Source of the DNA: Scyliorhinus canicula | Lineage: Eukaryota | NCBI RefSeq assembly: GCF_902713615.1 | Contig: NC_052162.1 | Location: 110,015,811-110,079,810, forward strand | Direction of reading: 5' to 3' | DNA length: 64,000 bases | Shown: piece after piece, positions 63,981 to 64,000 of the stretch | Position numbering within the stretch: the first letter of the stretch is position 1 | How the letters are laid out: the number at the start of each line of letters is the position of its first letter | Notes under the pieces: generated by a model | The model's input: the letters and a program-made list of their open reading frames with translations, nothing else | Told to the model about the DNA's origin: nothing | The model's database searches: none | Translations under genes and position numbers: made by a program

Positions 63981-64000
63981 TCTCTTGTAATGTATTTTTG

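Noticed and set aside
1-64000. CRISPR arrays, operons or prokaryotic defence/retron systems
   Set aside because: No regularly spaced repeat-spacer array; the DNA is intron-containing vertebrate sequence and all RTs belong to eukaryotic retroelements.

Overview
Vertebrate non-prokaryotic DNA, almost certainly a cartilaginous fish (shark, probably a catshark). This is inferred from HE1-type tRNA-derived SINEs, HER1/CR1 LINEs with (CTATGTT)n tails and GPR139-like receptor genes. Most of the window is nested retroelements: many CR1 LINEs of different ages (two very young, near-identical and inverted), a near full-length decayed L1-clade element, a Zenon-like CR1-group LINE with a tRNA-like 5' head, Penelope-like and Gypsy relics, two solo LTRs, a PIF/Harbinger Myb/SANT gene relic and about 15 SINEs. 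The only host genes I can support are two convergent, divergent paralogous GPR139/GPR142-like class A GPCRs. One is complete (exon 1 10154-10223, exon 2 12334-13244, with TATA and CCAAT boxes). The other has an intact exon 2 (44870-45762, minus) but no exon 1 that I could find in the window. The most interesting points are the orphan GPCR pair (possibly part of an expanded shark amino-acid/chemosensory family, which is inference), two locally templated insertions, SINEs with one head but three different 3' tails, and unusually un-depleted CpG in AT-rich old DNA. All repeat calls were made by eye and boundaries of old elements are approximate.
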